Source: an uncultured Acidobacteriota bacterium
Lineage (GTDB): Bacteria; Acidobacteriota; JAQAZP01
NCBI GenBank assembly: GCA_963836075.1
Contig: CAWIIB010000009.1
Location: 3,296,001 to 3,360,000 of the forward strand
DNA: 64,000 nt
Reading direction: 5' to 3'
Shown here: piece by piece, positions 53,120-61,783 of the stretch
Layout: every line of letters starts with the position of its first letter
Position numbering within the stretch: the first letter of the stretch is position 1
Program-made: the position numbers and the translations under genes
Notes under the pieces: model-generated
Told to the model about the DNA's origin: nothing
Database searches by the model: none
The model's input: the letters and a program-made list of their open reading frames with translations, nothing else

Positions 53120-55846
53120 TCATTCGGCCCGGACGCCGGCGATATTGCCCCCGTAGGTCATCCAGTCATTGTAGGCAAGGAAGCTGTGGTCGGCGATATA
53201 ATCGACCCTGCTCTCCCGGACTTTATACGAATGGAGATAGGCCTTTGCCTCAGGGTCCGGGCCCTGCAGGGTAAGGATTTCATCCACGCCGTCCTGGTCC
53301 GCATCCCCGGCCGAGACTTTGGCGCCATACCAGGTGCCATAGTAAGGAAAGGCGATGAAATTGACGTTGCCCATCAGGGTCAGGTTGCCACCGTCAAAGT
53401 TCCACCCCCGGATGTGACCGGAGAACGAGGGCCCCGGGCCCGGGGCGGTGAGGATCTCGTCGATCCCGTCGCCGTCGATATCGCCGGCCGCCACTTCCAC
53501 CCCGAAACGGGGTGTGTTGTAGGCGAAGAAGTTGACCCCCGGGATCGGGGTGGTGCTGCCGCCGTCGTCGTGGTTCCAGCCCCGCACGTGGGCGCCGAAC
53601 ACCGGCCCGGGCCCGGCCCCGGTGATGATCTCATCGAAACCGTCGCCGTCGATATCGCCGGTGGCCACTTTCACCCCGAATCGGGGCGTGTTGTAGGCGA
53701 AGAAGTTGACCCCCGGGATGGGGAGAACGGTGCCGCTGCCGTCATGGTTCCAGCCCCGCACGTGGGCGCCGAACACCGGACCGGGTCCGGCGCCGGTGAT
53801 GATCTCATCCTTCCCGTCGCCGTCGATGTCGCCGGCCGCCACGTTGACCCCGTGGCGGTGCGTGCCGTAGGCCATGAAACTGCCCCCGGTCACGGGGGTG
53901 CCGCTCATCGACCAGCAGCGGACGTGGGGGCCGAAGATCTGGCCCGGGCCAGGCCCGGTGATCACTTCGGATGCTCCATCACCATGGAGGTCTCCGCAGG
54001 CCACGTTGACGCCATAACCCGGGACGCCGTAGGCCAGCCACTGGGCTGCGGGGGTGCGGACCAGCGGCGGGTTGTACCTGCCGGGGCCGGGGCCGGTGAC
54101 CATGTTGACCATTCCCTCATCCGCTTCCCATGGATAAACGAATATGGTGCGCACGGCGGGGGTGTTGTCGATCCGTCCCTCGAGATCCCGGGTCCGGACG
54201 GAGAAGGTATGGGCTCCTTCGGTGAGGCCCTGGAGCACGGCATGCTGGACGGTGCTGAACGGGCTCCAGCTATCCGAGTCGACCTTCCAGGAGTATTGCA
54301 GTCCTTCGGCGGAGCCATGATGGTTGCGACCCGAAAACGCGAAAGTGAACATGGGTGAATCCACACCCCACTCCGGACCGGACGTGATCGTGGTGTCCGG
54401 ATCGCGCACGGTGACGAAGTGGTGCCAGCCCATGTCGGCGACGCCGGTATCGTCCAGGCCGTCGGTGCGGGTGCTGCCGATGACCCGGGCGTCGGAAAAG
54501 TCGCCCGAGTCGACACAGGGGCTCTGCACGGCCTGCCCGGACGTGAACTGGCTCAGGTAGTGGTCGCCGCCCGGCCCGGCGGCGAACTCGGGATCGCCGG
54601 TGATCATCCCCTCCCCCCAGATGAATGTCACGTCATCGTCCACTACGCAGGAGCCCGTACCGCCCTCCACGTCGCAGTGGCTGAATTTGATTGTGCACGG
54701 ATAGGAGCTGGTGTAATTGCAGACGTAGAGTTCCGGGCCTTGCCATCCCGCCTCGTCATTCCAGAGTATCGAATTGACAATGACCAGGCTGTCCGCCTGC
54801 CCGGGGGATGGACCGTGAAATGACCTGTTGAAGTAGATCCCGCCGCCCTCGCCGGCGCTGTTCCCGTAGAATGTACTGCTGTTGATGGTGTGATTGCCGC
54901 CCCACTCGAAGGCGATCCCGCCGCCGCTCCCGGCATGGTTCTGCACAAAGATGTTGTTCACCAGGAAGGAGCTTCCACCGATCAAGTAAATTCCGCCGCC
55001 CAGGTCCGCGTCGTTCCAGCGAAATACGTTTTTCGAAATCTCCCCCGGCTTGCTACTGAAACAGCAGATAGCACCGCCACGGCTGGGGGCTTCCATGTAC
55101 CCTCCGGCTTCATTGCCGATGAAGGTGTTCTCCACGATGGTGGGGATAGAATCATTTCCACAGAAGATTCCGCCGCCCCCATAACCGTAAGTCGTACTGC
55201 CAGTGACATTGTGTGAGATGGTGTTCAGGGCGATGCGTGGACTGCTGCCTTCGCTGCAATAGATGCCTCCACCGTCGTGAGCCCGGTTCCCGGTGATGAT
55301 GTTGCCCACGATGGTGGGGGAGGCGCCGTTACCACAAACGATCGCTCCACCCACAGTGGCCCGGTTGCCGGTGAGAATGTTGTAGGCGATTCGCGGTGAA
55401 CTGTTTTGACAGAGGATGGCGCCGCCGCCAAAAGTAGTCCCGTAGCCATTGCGGATAGTGAACCCCTGCACAACCGATTTCTCGGACTCCCCACTTTGAA
55501 AGATGAACCCGCGGTGAGCGGTGGGACTGTCGACACGGCCGCAATCGATGATGCAGAAGTGGGTCTCGCCAGCCGACTTGACGGTGATCGCCTTGCCGTG
55601 GAAATCGATATCCCTGTTGCCGTCACCTGTGTACAGACCGTTGGCCACCAGCACCGTGTCGCCGTCAGCGGCGGCGTCGATCCCCGCCTGGATCGTGGGC
55701 TGGTCGGCCGGCACATGGATCGCGGCCGCCATGACCGATGCCGCCGGTATGGTGATGAGGATGAAGAAAACGAGAGCGAGTGCGGTGGAAAGCGGTGCGC
55801 GGTTGTGGGGATTCGATGCCGATTGACCGATCATGATGGCCTCCAT
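53120..55846 (-). CDS. Secreted multidomain protein: right-handed beta-helix, Ig-like domain, FG-GAP-like repeats
   Basis: VPADQPTIQAGID and repeated GGGIxC...N (beta-helix); PDTTITSGP...GAHTFSVR (Ig-like); GDIDGDGxDEIITGAGPG repeats. Confidence 0.85.
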   Translation of the reverse strand: MEAIMIGQSASNPHNRAPLSTALALVFFILITIPAASVMAAAIHVPADQPTIQAGIDAAADGDTVLVANGLYTGDGNRDIDFHGKAITVKSAGETHFCIIDCGRVDSPTAHRGFIFQSGESEKSVVQGFTIRNGYGTTFGGGAILCQNSSPRIAYNILTGNRATVGGAIVCGNGASPTIVGNIITGNRAHDGGGIYCSEGSSPRIALNTISHNVTGSTTYGYGGGGIFCGNDSIPTIVENTFIGNEAGGYMEAPSRGGAICCFSSKPGEISKNVFRWNDADLGGGIYLIGGSSFLVNNIFVQNHAGSGGGIAFEWGGNHTINSSTFYGNSAGEGGGIYFNRSFHGPSPGQADSLVIVNSILWNDEAGWQGPELYVCNYTSSYPCTIKFSHCDVEGGTGSCVVDDDVTFIWGEGMITGDPEFAAGPGGDHYLSQFTSGQAVQSPCVDSGDFSDARVIGSTRTDGLDDTGVADMGWHHFVTVRDPDTTITSGPEWGVDSPMFTFAFSGRNHHGSAEGLQYSWKVDSDSWSPFSTVQHAVLQGLTEGAHTFSVRTRDLEGRIDNTPAVRTIFVYPWEADEGMVNMVTGPGPGRYNPPLVRTPAAQWLAYGVPGYGVNVACGDLHGDGASEVITGPGPGQIFGPHVRCWSMSGTPVTGGSFMAYGTHRHGVNVAAGDIDGDGKDEIITGAGPGPVFGAHVRGWNHDGSGTVLPIPGVNFFAYNTPRFGVKVATGDIDGDGFDEIITGAGPGPVFGAHVRGWNHDDGGSTTPIPGVNFFAYNTPRFGVEVAAGDIDGDGIDEILTAPGPGPSFSGHIRGWNFDGGNLTLMGNVNFIAFPYYGTWYGAKVSAGDADQDGVDEILTLQGPDPEAKAYLHSYKVRESRVDYIADHSFLAYNDWMTYGGNIAGVRAE
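53467..53835 (-). repeat. Intragenic tandem repeat, 174-bp (58-aa) period
   Basis: CGTCGCCGTCGAT.TCGCCGG recurs at 53467, 53641 and 53815; the units are near identical. Confidence 0.85.
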
Positions 55847-55940
55847 GGCATTTGGTCGATATGAAGAAGTTGGTTTCTTATAAGATCATAGGTGAATATA
55901 GGTCAATCAATCCTGATTTTCCACAAGAATACAGGACGGA

Positions 55941-56414
55941 TCAGGACGACCCGCCTCGTCCGGGACCCTGGCCGTGACGCGTTCGGCCCTGGCCACCCTG
56001 CCAGTGGCCCTGGTTGTTCCATAGCGGAATCTGGTGCAGGGACCGGAGGCGCACCATCAGTCCCCGGGACGTGTTGAGGACCTTGTGGGCCTTGCCGGGC
56101 CCCTCATCTCCGACAAAGTACTTGACCTTCAGCTGGTCCCCCGGCTCGACGGAGAATCCGATGTCATCCATCGCTTGCGGCGGGGCGAGGAGAATGGTCA
56201 CCGGGTGATCTTTGTCACCTTTCGGGGCGAGGCTTACCTGCACCACTTCGATACCGCCCTCACCGGCAATGCGGCTGACCGTCAGCACTTCGCCCTCCAC
56301 GGTCTTCAGCGAGGAGCGGGGGGCAGGCCCGTCCGACCCCTCTGCCGAGACGGCCAGGCCCAGCAGCAGGCCGCAGCAGAGAAGGAGCAGACTGTAGTGG
56401 CGGAACAGCCTCAC
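55941..56414 (-). CDS. Secreted small protein, OB-fold-like (MamS/MamX-domain-like) with Gly-rich tail
   Basis: GTG overlaps the upstream stop (GTGA); signal peptide; TVEGEV...LLAP...GDQLKV...LR...PLW pattern. Confidence 0.55.
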   Translation of the reverse strand: MRLFRHYSLLLLCCGLLLGLAVSAEGSDGPAPRSSLKTVEGEVLTVSRIAGEGGIEVVQVSLAPKGDKDHPVTILLAPPQAMDDIGFSVEPGDQLKVKYFVGDEGPGKAHKVLNTSRGLMVRLRSLHQIPLWNNQGHWQGGQGRTRHGQGPGRGGSS

Positions 56415-57388
56415 AGGACGTCTCCTCCCAACCAGAGCCGGCCCGGCGTGTGGCGGCCCACGGAGATCCCGATGGCCAGCGAGACGTCCGGCGACGCGTT
56501 CCCCAGGCCCACCAGCACCCGGCCATACCAGCGGTAGCGGCCGGTGGTCCGCACGGATGCGCCGAAGTTGAACACCTCGCCCGTGTCCTCCACGGCTTCC
56601 TGTGCCGCGCTGATCCAGCCGGCAAGTATCACCCGGTCGGAGGCCAGCGGGTCGCTCTCCATCCCCACGTTGAGATCCAGCACGTCGTTCAGTTCGCCCC
56701 ACGAGGGATCGCCCAGCCAGTTCCAGCCGATCCGGCCGTAGAGTGTGGATGACCAGAAGCGGTAGCCGCTCCAGAAACCGATCCGGTAGTCGGTCTCACC
56801 GGTGCCCATGCCATTGTCGGCGTCGGCTGTGGGGAGTTTAACTTCCAGTTCGGCATCCAGGCGAAAAACTTTCACGCCGCCGCCCACCAGGCGCCGGGAG
56901 AGGGCTACGAGGATGTCCCCGATACCGTTGGCCGTTTCGTCATAATGTGAAATATCGCCTTCACCCCCGTCGCCACCTCCGCCTCCGCCTCCGCCACCAC
57001 CGCCACCACCGCCACCACCGCCACCGCCACCGCCGCCGTCACCACCGCCACCACCACTGCCACCACCACTGCCGCCACGCCGCCTTCTCTCGTTCTCCCC
57101 GCCCACCGGCATGGTTCCGGCGCCGGTGCGTACCACGCTGTAGGACGTGTCCATCACCAGGTAGGGCAGATTGACCCTCAGCTGCCAGGCATCGCCGAGA
57201 ATGTACTGCAGGTTCGCGGCCCAGGTGTCCACCTTGTCGTCGGTGCCGTAGTCGCCGGTGGTCCAGGAGGTGATCAGGGTCCATTCGCCCACCGGTTCGG
57301 CCACTGCCGCGGTGGAGGTGAGCAGTGCGAGGGCGAGGAGCAGGGCCTGGACGAATCGGCAACAGCCGGCAGTTCTGTTCCACCTCAT
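56411..57388 (-). CDS. Secreted protein, probable outer-membrane beta-barrel with a poly-Gly loop
   Basis: Signal peptide, alternating beta-strand pattern, GIGDI and VKLPTAD...GMGTGETD motifs as in MetA/phenol-pathway-type barrels. Confidence 0.6.
   Translation of the reverse strand: MRWNRTAGCCRFVQALLLALALLTSTAAVAEPVGEWTLITSWTTGDYGTDDKVDTWAANLQYILGDAWQLRVNLPYLVMDTSYSVVRTGAGTMPVGGENERRRRGGSGGGSGGGGGDGGGGGGGGGGGGGGGGGGGGGGDGGEGDISHYDETANGIGDILVALSRRLVGGGVKVFRLDAELEVKLPTADADNGMGTGETDYRIGFWSGYRFWSSTLYGRIGWNWLGDPSWGELNDVLDLNVGMESDPLASDRVILAGWISAAQEAVEDTGEVFNFGASVRTTGRYRWYGRVLVGLGNASPDVSLAIGISVGRHTPGRLWLGGDVL
56965..57077 (-). repeat. GGY/GGA trinucleotide low-complexity tract encoding poly-Gly
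   Basis: (CCG/CCA/CCT)n on the + strand; more than 30 Gly codons. Confidence 0.9.
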
Positions 57389-57391
57389 GGA

Positions 57392-58756
57392 TCAGCCTTT
57401 CATCCCGTATTTCGAGATCTTGTAGCGCAGGGCCCGTTCCGATATCCCCAGCTTGCGGGCGGCGCGGGACTGCACGCCGCTGGCCGCGGCCAATGCCTCG
57501 GTGATGGCCGATTTCTCCATCGCCGCTACCCGGCCGGGCAGCGAGTCGTTCTCTTCGTCCTGCGGGGCGCCGTTCTCGTGGCGCGATCCCAGCACCGCCG
57601 GGGGAAGGTCGCCGGCGGTGATCTGGTTCCTGCGGGCCAGCACCATGCCTCGTTGCACGGCGTTCTCCAGCTCGCGGACATTGCCCGGGAAATCGTAGGC
57701 GATCAGCAGGTCCATGGCCTCCCGGGAGATCGACGCGGCGGTGCCGTCTTCGCCGTGCTTGGACAGGAAGTGATCCACCAGCAGCGGAATGTCCGATTTG
57801 CGATTGCGCAGCGGCGGGATTTCAATATTCACCACGGCCAGCCGGTAGAAAAGGTCATCCCTGAAGTCGCCCTTTTCGATGGCCTCCGGCAGGTTGCGGT
57901 GGGTGGCGGCGATAACCCGCACATCCACCGGCACGGTGGTGTTGGATCCCACGCGCTCCAGGGATCTCTCCTGGAGCACCCGCAGCAGCTTGACCTGGAC
58001 CTCTGCCGGCAGGTCCCCGATCTCGTCGAGGAAAATGGTGCCGCCGGAAGCAACCTCGAACCGCCCCTGCCGCTCGCGATCGGCCCCGGTGAACGCCCCC
58101 TTCTCGTGCCCGAAGAGCTCGCTCTCCAGCAACTGGCTGGAGAGGGCGCTGGCATTCACGGCCACGAACGGGCCGCCGGCCCGGGGGCCGGCCCCGTGAA
58201 TCGCCCGGGCCACCAGTTCCTTTCCCGTGCCGCTTTCCCCCTGCACCAGCACCGAGACATCGGAGCGGGACACCCGGGAGATGAGGGAGAGCACCTCGCT
58301 CATCACCCCGCCGGCGGTGACGATGCCGGGCACCGACTCGAACCTGGCCAGCCGCGCCTTGAGGTCAATGTTTTCCCGGTGCAGCCGGCGTGCATCCAGC
58401 AACCGTCGCACCAGGTGTTCCACCTCGTCCAGGTCCAGAGGTTTGAGCAGGTAGTCCGCCGCCCCCTGTTTGAGACAGGCCACCGCATCCTCCACCGTAC
58501 CAAAGGCGGTGGCCAGGATCACGGCCACTTCGGGGTTGACCCGCTGGATTTCCTCCAGCAGATGGGTCCCGTCCATCCGCGGCATTCGGATGTCGCTGAT
58601 ACAGAGGTCCGGTGCCTGCCGCACCACGGCATCCAGTGCCTCCCGGCCGTCGCCGGCCTCGGTCACTTTGGCGCCGAGGTCGCGGAGAAAGCCTGCAAGT
58701 TCTTCGCGCTGGGAGCGGTCGTCGTCCACCACCAGAATGCGGGCATCGAGGTTCAT
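57392..58756 (-). CDS. Sigma-54-dependent response regulator (NtrC/AtoC/ZraR family)
   Basis: Receiver domain, GESGTGKE, GAFTGA, FPGNVRELEN and C-terminal HTH. Confidence 0.96.
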   Translation of the reverse strand: MNLDARILVVDDDRSQREELAGFLRDLGAKVTEAGDGREALDAVVRQAPDLCISDIRMPRMDGTHLLEEIQRVNPEVAVILATAFGTVEDAVACLKQGAADYLLKPLDLDEVEHLVRRLLDARRLHRENIDLKARLARFESVPGIVTAGGVMSEVLSLISRVSRSDVSVLVQGESGTGKELVARAIHGAGPRAGGPFVAVNASALSSQLLESELFGHEKGAFTGADRERQGRFEVASGGTIFLDEIGDLPAEVQVKLLRVLQERSLERVGSNTTVPVDVRVIAATHRNLPEAIEKGDFRDDLFYRLAVVNIEIPPLRNRKSDIPLLVDHFLSKHGEDGTAASISREAMDLLIAYDFPGNVRELENAVQRGMVLARRNQITAGDLPPAVLGSRHENGAPQDEENDSLPGRVAAMEKSAITEALAAASGVQSRAARKLGISERALRYKISKYGMKG

Positions 58757-60384
58757 ACTGTTTCTCCGTCGCCGCCGGCGGGCAGCTTCAACCGGGCCAG
58801 CGCACCGCCATTTTTCCTGCTGCGCAGGGTCGCCGAACCGCCGTGTTCTTCAGCCACCCGCCGGACCAGGGCCAGACCCAGGCCAACACCGCCGGCCTGG
58901 TTGGTGACAAAGGCGTCAAACAGCTGCTCCGCCGTGGCGTCATCCACCCCGGGGCCTTCATCCGACACGCCCACCTGGACGAACCCGTTCGCTGCCGTGG
59001 TCTCCACTCGAACCTCGCCGCCGGCCGGGCTGGCCTGGATCGCGTTGCGCACCAGGTTGATCAGCGAACGGCGGATCGACTCCGGGTCCACCGGGGCCGG
59101 ACAGGGGGGGCCGGACAGGGTGAGGCGCACGCCGGTGGATTCGGCCTCGTCGGTGAGCAGCTCCACCACCTCACCGGAGATGACCCGGAGATCGGTCTGT
59201 TTCCTGGACCGGCCCACCGGGCTGGCCAGTTCGAGGAATTCGCGAAGAATCGCTTCCAGCCGTCCTATCTCGCCGCGGACCTTGGCCGCAAAACGACCCA
59301 CATCGTCCTGCGGTGGGTGAGTCCGTCCGATACGCTGTGCGGCGAGGCTGATGGCGTTGAGCGGCGACCGCACCTCGTGAGCCAGGCCGGCGGTGAGGGC
59401 GCCGGCGGCCGCCAGCCGCTCACTGCGCCTCCGTGCCGTCTCCACCTCGGCCAGACGCCGGGCCGCCGCTTCACGCTCCACGGCGCGACTTCTGGTGAGC
59501 AGGGCGATGAAGACCAGGGCCAGACTGAACACGGAGAGCACGATGCCCACCATGGCCGTCCGGCGCACCGCGGATGCCGAAGCCGCGGCCAGGGGCCGCC
59601 CGTCCATCCCCACCCGCAGCGATGCCTGAAAACCGGCCGGTGCGCTCACCGGTACCACCACCTCGTACACTTCGCGGCCGCGCACCGTGCGACGGCCGTC
59701 ACCTGCGTCCAGTCCCGGCGGGATCGGTTCGCCATCCCAGCTGGCCTCCAGCGGCTCCCCACCCGGGGAGACGGTGTAGCCGAGGTAGAGCACGCCTCCG
59801 GACCCGGCCAGCCGTTGGAGCAGGTTGGCCGCGCCGATGGTGCCGGAGAAGGCGAGGTTTGACCGTGCGTGCACCCTGACGATTACAGCGCCGCCGTCGA
59901 CTGTCCGCACCACAGCAGCGATGTGTTCCACGCCGTCTTCCATCTGTGGCCCGAGGATCATCTCGTCGGCCTTTCCCTCGATCACTTCAACCGCCTGCCG
60001 GCGCAGCGCATCGGGAACCGGTGCTCCCACGGATACGCTCTGGCTGCCCGCCCGGTCGAGGTGGACGATGGAGTCGAGGTCGTTCTGTTCTGCCAGGGCA
60101 CCGGCTGCAGCAGCGGTGAGGCCGCCGGATTGCTGCAGGACGGCGAGAATCCGTGTGTTTTCAAGAACCTTGGCCGTGGAGGTCTCCTCGATCTCCCGGG
60201 CCGCGGTGGAAGCCGCTTCGAGGCCCGGACCGAGGGTGCGGGCGAGGAGAGTGGCCTGGGCGGCCAGCACCTCGGCGGTTTCCCGCCGCTGGTTACGCCC
60301 TTCGTGGATCGCCCATGCGGCCAGTGCCATGGCGAGCACCAGCAGCGGAATCATGGTCGTCAGTGTTCGGAGCCTTCTCAACAT
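58753..60384 (-). CDS. Membrane sensor histidine kinase
   Basis: Two TM helices around a periplasmic domain; AHEVRSPL, NLVRNA, DEGPG and GLGL boxes. Confidence 0.93.
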   Translation of the reverse strand: MLRRLRTLTTMIPLLVLAMALAAWAIHEGRNQRRETAEVLAAQATLLARTLGPGLEAASTAAREIEETSTAKVLENTRILAVLQQSGGLTAAAAGALAEQNDLDSIVHLDRAGSQSVSVGAPVPDALRRQAVEVIEGKADEMILGPQMEDGVEHIAAVVRTVDGGAVIVRVHARSNLAFSGTIGAANLLQRLAGSGGVLYLGYTVSPGGEPLEASWDGEPIPPGLDAGDGRRTVRGREVYEVVVPVSAPAGFQASLRVGMDGRPLAAASASAVRRTAMVGIVLSVFSLALVFIALLTRSRAVEREAAARRLAEVETARRRSERLAAAGALTAGLAHEVRSPLNAISLAAQRIGRTHPPQDDVGRFAAKVRGEIGRLEAILREFLELASPVGRSRKQTDLRVISGEVVELLTDEAESTGVRLTLSGPPCPAPVDPESIRRSLINLVRNAIQASPAGGEVRVETTAANGFVQVGVSDEGPGVDDATAEQLFDAFVTNQAGGVGLGLALVRRVAEEHGGSATLRSRKNGGALARLKLPAGGDGETV

Positions 60385-60412
60385 GCGCCTATTTTACGCC
60401 GTAAAGCCCCGT

Positions 60413-60928
60413 TTAGCGACCGCCTCCGCAACTTCCGCCGCCGCCACCGCCGCCGCCGCGGGAGCCGCCATTGCCGCCTCGTTGACCGCTGCCGCTGCCG
60501 GTCCCGGGGCATTTCGGGTTCTGGATGCCGTCTCCGGGTATTCCGCCGCAGGAGCCATCCCGGGTACGGGTCCTGGTCCACTGCTGGTTCATCTCACCGG
60601 TCCCGTTGCGGAACTTATACGAGGCACCGGTACGCCGGACTCTCATCCCCCGGGCCAGGGGAATACCGTCTTTCTCCATTCCGTCCAGCAGGTCGAGGCG
60701 CACCTGGTCACCGTCCAGCACCAGGCCGCGGCAGGTGCCGGCCTCGCCCAACCGGACCTGCATCCGCTGGCCTCCGGTGGTGAGGATGGTCAACTGGTCG
60801 AACCCCTGGGCGTCGGTCAATTCCACGACCCTGCCCTGGATGCTGGGCGCCTGACTGTCACCCGCCATGGCGGTCGCCGCGCAGATGGCAAGTGTCAGGA
60901 TCCACAATGCTGCGGTTCTCGTTTTCAT
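60413..60928 (-). CDS. Secreted small protein with OB-fold-like core and Gly/Cys-rich tail
   Basis: Signal peptide; IQGRVVEL...VRLG...GDQVR; tail RTRTRDGSCGG...CPG...GGSCGGGR; GGGAGGGAG upstream. Confidence 0.65.
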   Translation of the reverse strand: MKTRTAALWILTLAICAATAMAGDSQAPSIQGRVVELTDAQGFDQLTILTTGGQRMQVRLGEAGTCRGLVLDGDQVRLDLLDGMEKDGIPLARGMRVRRTGASYKFRNGTGEMNQQWTRTRTRDGSCGGIPGDGIQNPKCPGTGSGSGQRGGNGGSRGGGGGGGGSCGGGR

Positions 60929-60956
60929 CTGCTCCCTCCCTCACCGGTTTTTGTGT

Positions 60957-60998
60957 AAAAAAATGGCGGTCATGCATCACCATCACACGACCGCCATT
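60957..60998 (-). terminator. Intrinsic terminator after the first gene of the cluster
   Basis: - strand AATGGCGGTC...GACCGCCATT followed by a T run. Confidence 0.75.
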
Positions 60999-61020
60999 CG
61001 GTTCCTGCTCGTCCCCTCAG

Positions 61021-61491
61021 TTAGCGGAGAGCGAGCGCAAAGTCCTGAACCAGGGTCTCACCCTCGGCGACGGTCACCGGAGTCAGTTCGGTGGGCAGGT
61101 AGCCGCAGGCGCAGGCGCGCATCAGGTAGTCAGCGGCATCGAGGTTTTCAATGACATAGACGCCGTTGGCATCGGTCTCGACCCGGGTGGCCATTCCCGC
61201 GCCGCCGCCGTGGTAACCGCCGCCAAAACCACCGCCACCGCCGCTGCCGGATCCGCCGCCGCTGCCCCAGCCGTGGTCGCCGCCGTGGAACTGCGAGCCG
61301 CCGCCGCCGCTGCAGCCGTCCGCCGGGCGGATGGTCACGAAGGCTCCTTCGATGGGCAGACCGGTGTCCGCGTCGGTCACCGTGCCGGTGACCGTGGCTG
61401 TCTGGGCCATGGCGGTGGCGCCGGTCAGGGCCACGGCCGCCACAAAGATGAGGGCAGTCTTGATCAGCGATGATTTCGTGAGTTTGAACAT
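61021..61491 (-). CDS. Secreted carboxypeptidase-regulatory-like (prealbumin-fold) domain protein with Gly/His-rich insert
   Basis: VTGTVTDADTGLPIEGAFV...TDANGVY...GY...QDFAL; insert FHGGDHGWG...YHGGG. Confidence 0.75.
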   Translation of the reverse strand: MFKLTKSSLIKTALIFVAAVALTGATAMAQTATVTGTVTDADTGLPIEGAFVTIRPADGCSGGGGSQFHGGDHGWGSGGGSGSGGGGGFGGGYHGGGAGMATRVETDANGVYVIENLDAADYLMRACACGYLPTELTPVTVAEGETLVQDFALALR

Positions 61492-61740
61492 CTTCTCTCC
61501 TTTTAGCAGTTCACATGAATCCTTAAAATGATGAAAACCTTCTGATTGAGGCCCGATTCAAATCCTCCTTTCCCCCTGGTTTCAAACCGTGGTGGTATGG
61601 GCAACCCGTCAAATCGATCTCTGCAGTTGGTGTCGAGCCATTCGTGATGACCGTGACACCAGATTCATGGAGCAAGAACCGTACCAGACGAAAACAAAGG
61701 ACTTACGGGCGGGAATTCGACATTTCGGGCGGATGGCCGG

Positions 61741-61772
61741 GCCCCGGTTCGACGAAATTGTCGAACCGGGGC
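61741..61772. repeat. Perfect 13-bp inverted repeat just downstream of the HTH gene
   Basis: GCCCCGGTTCGAC-GAAATT-GTCGAACCGGGGC. Confidence 0.8.
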
Positions 61773-61783
61773 TGGGGAGAAGC

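Noticed and set aside
53467-53835. Regularly spaced repeats as a possible CRISPR array
   Set aside because: In-frame 174-bp coding repeats with no unique spacers and no cas genes
55941-56414. Magnetosome gene cluster, from the MamS/MamX-like resemblance
   Set aside because: No other mam genes and no CxxCH magnetochrome motifs; the fold also occurs outside magnetotactic bacteria
57578-59862. Long antisense ORFs (57578-59320, 58612-59862; likewise 45279-46913, 14438-15838, 41392-42597, 53114-54358)
   Set aside because: Shadow frames opposite well-supported genes in GC-rich DNA; no motifs or RBS support
61492-61700. Sigma-54 -24/-12 promoter upstream of the Gly-rich cluster
   Set aside because: I found no GG-N10-GC element with correct spacing
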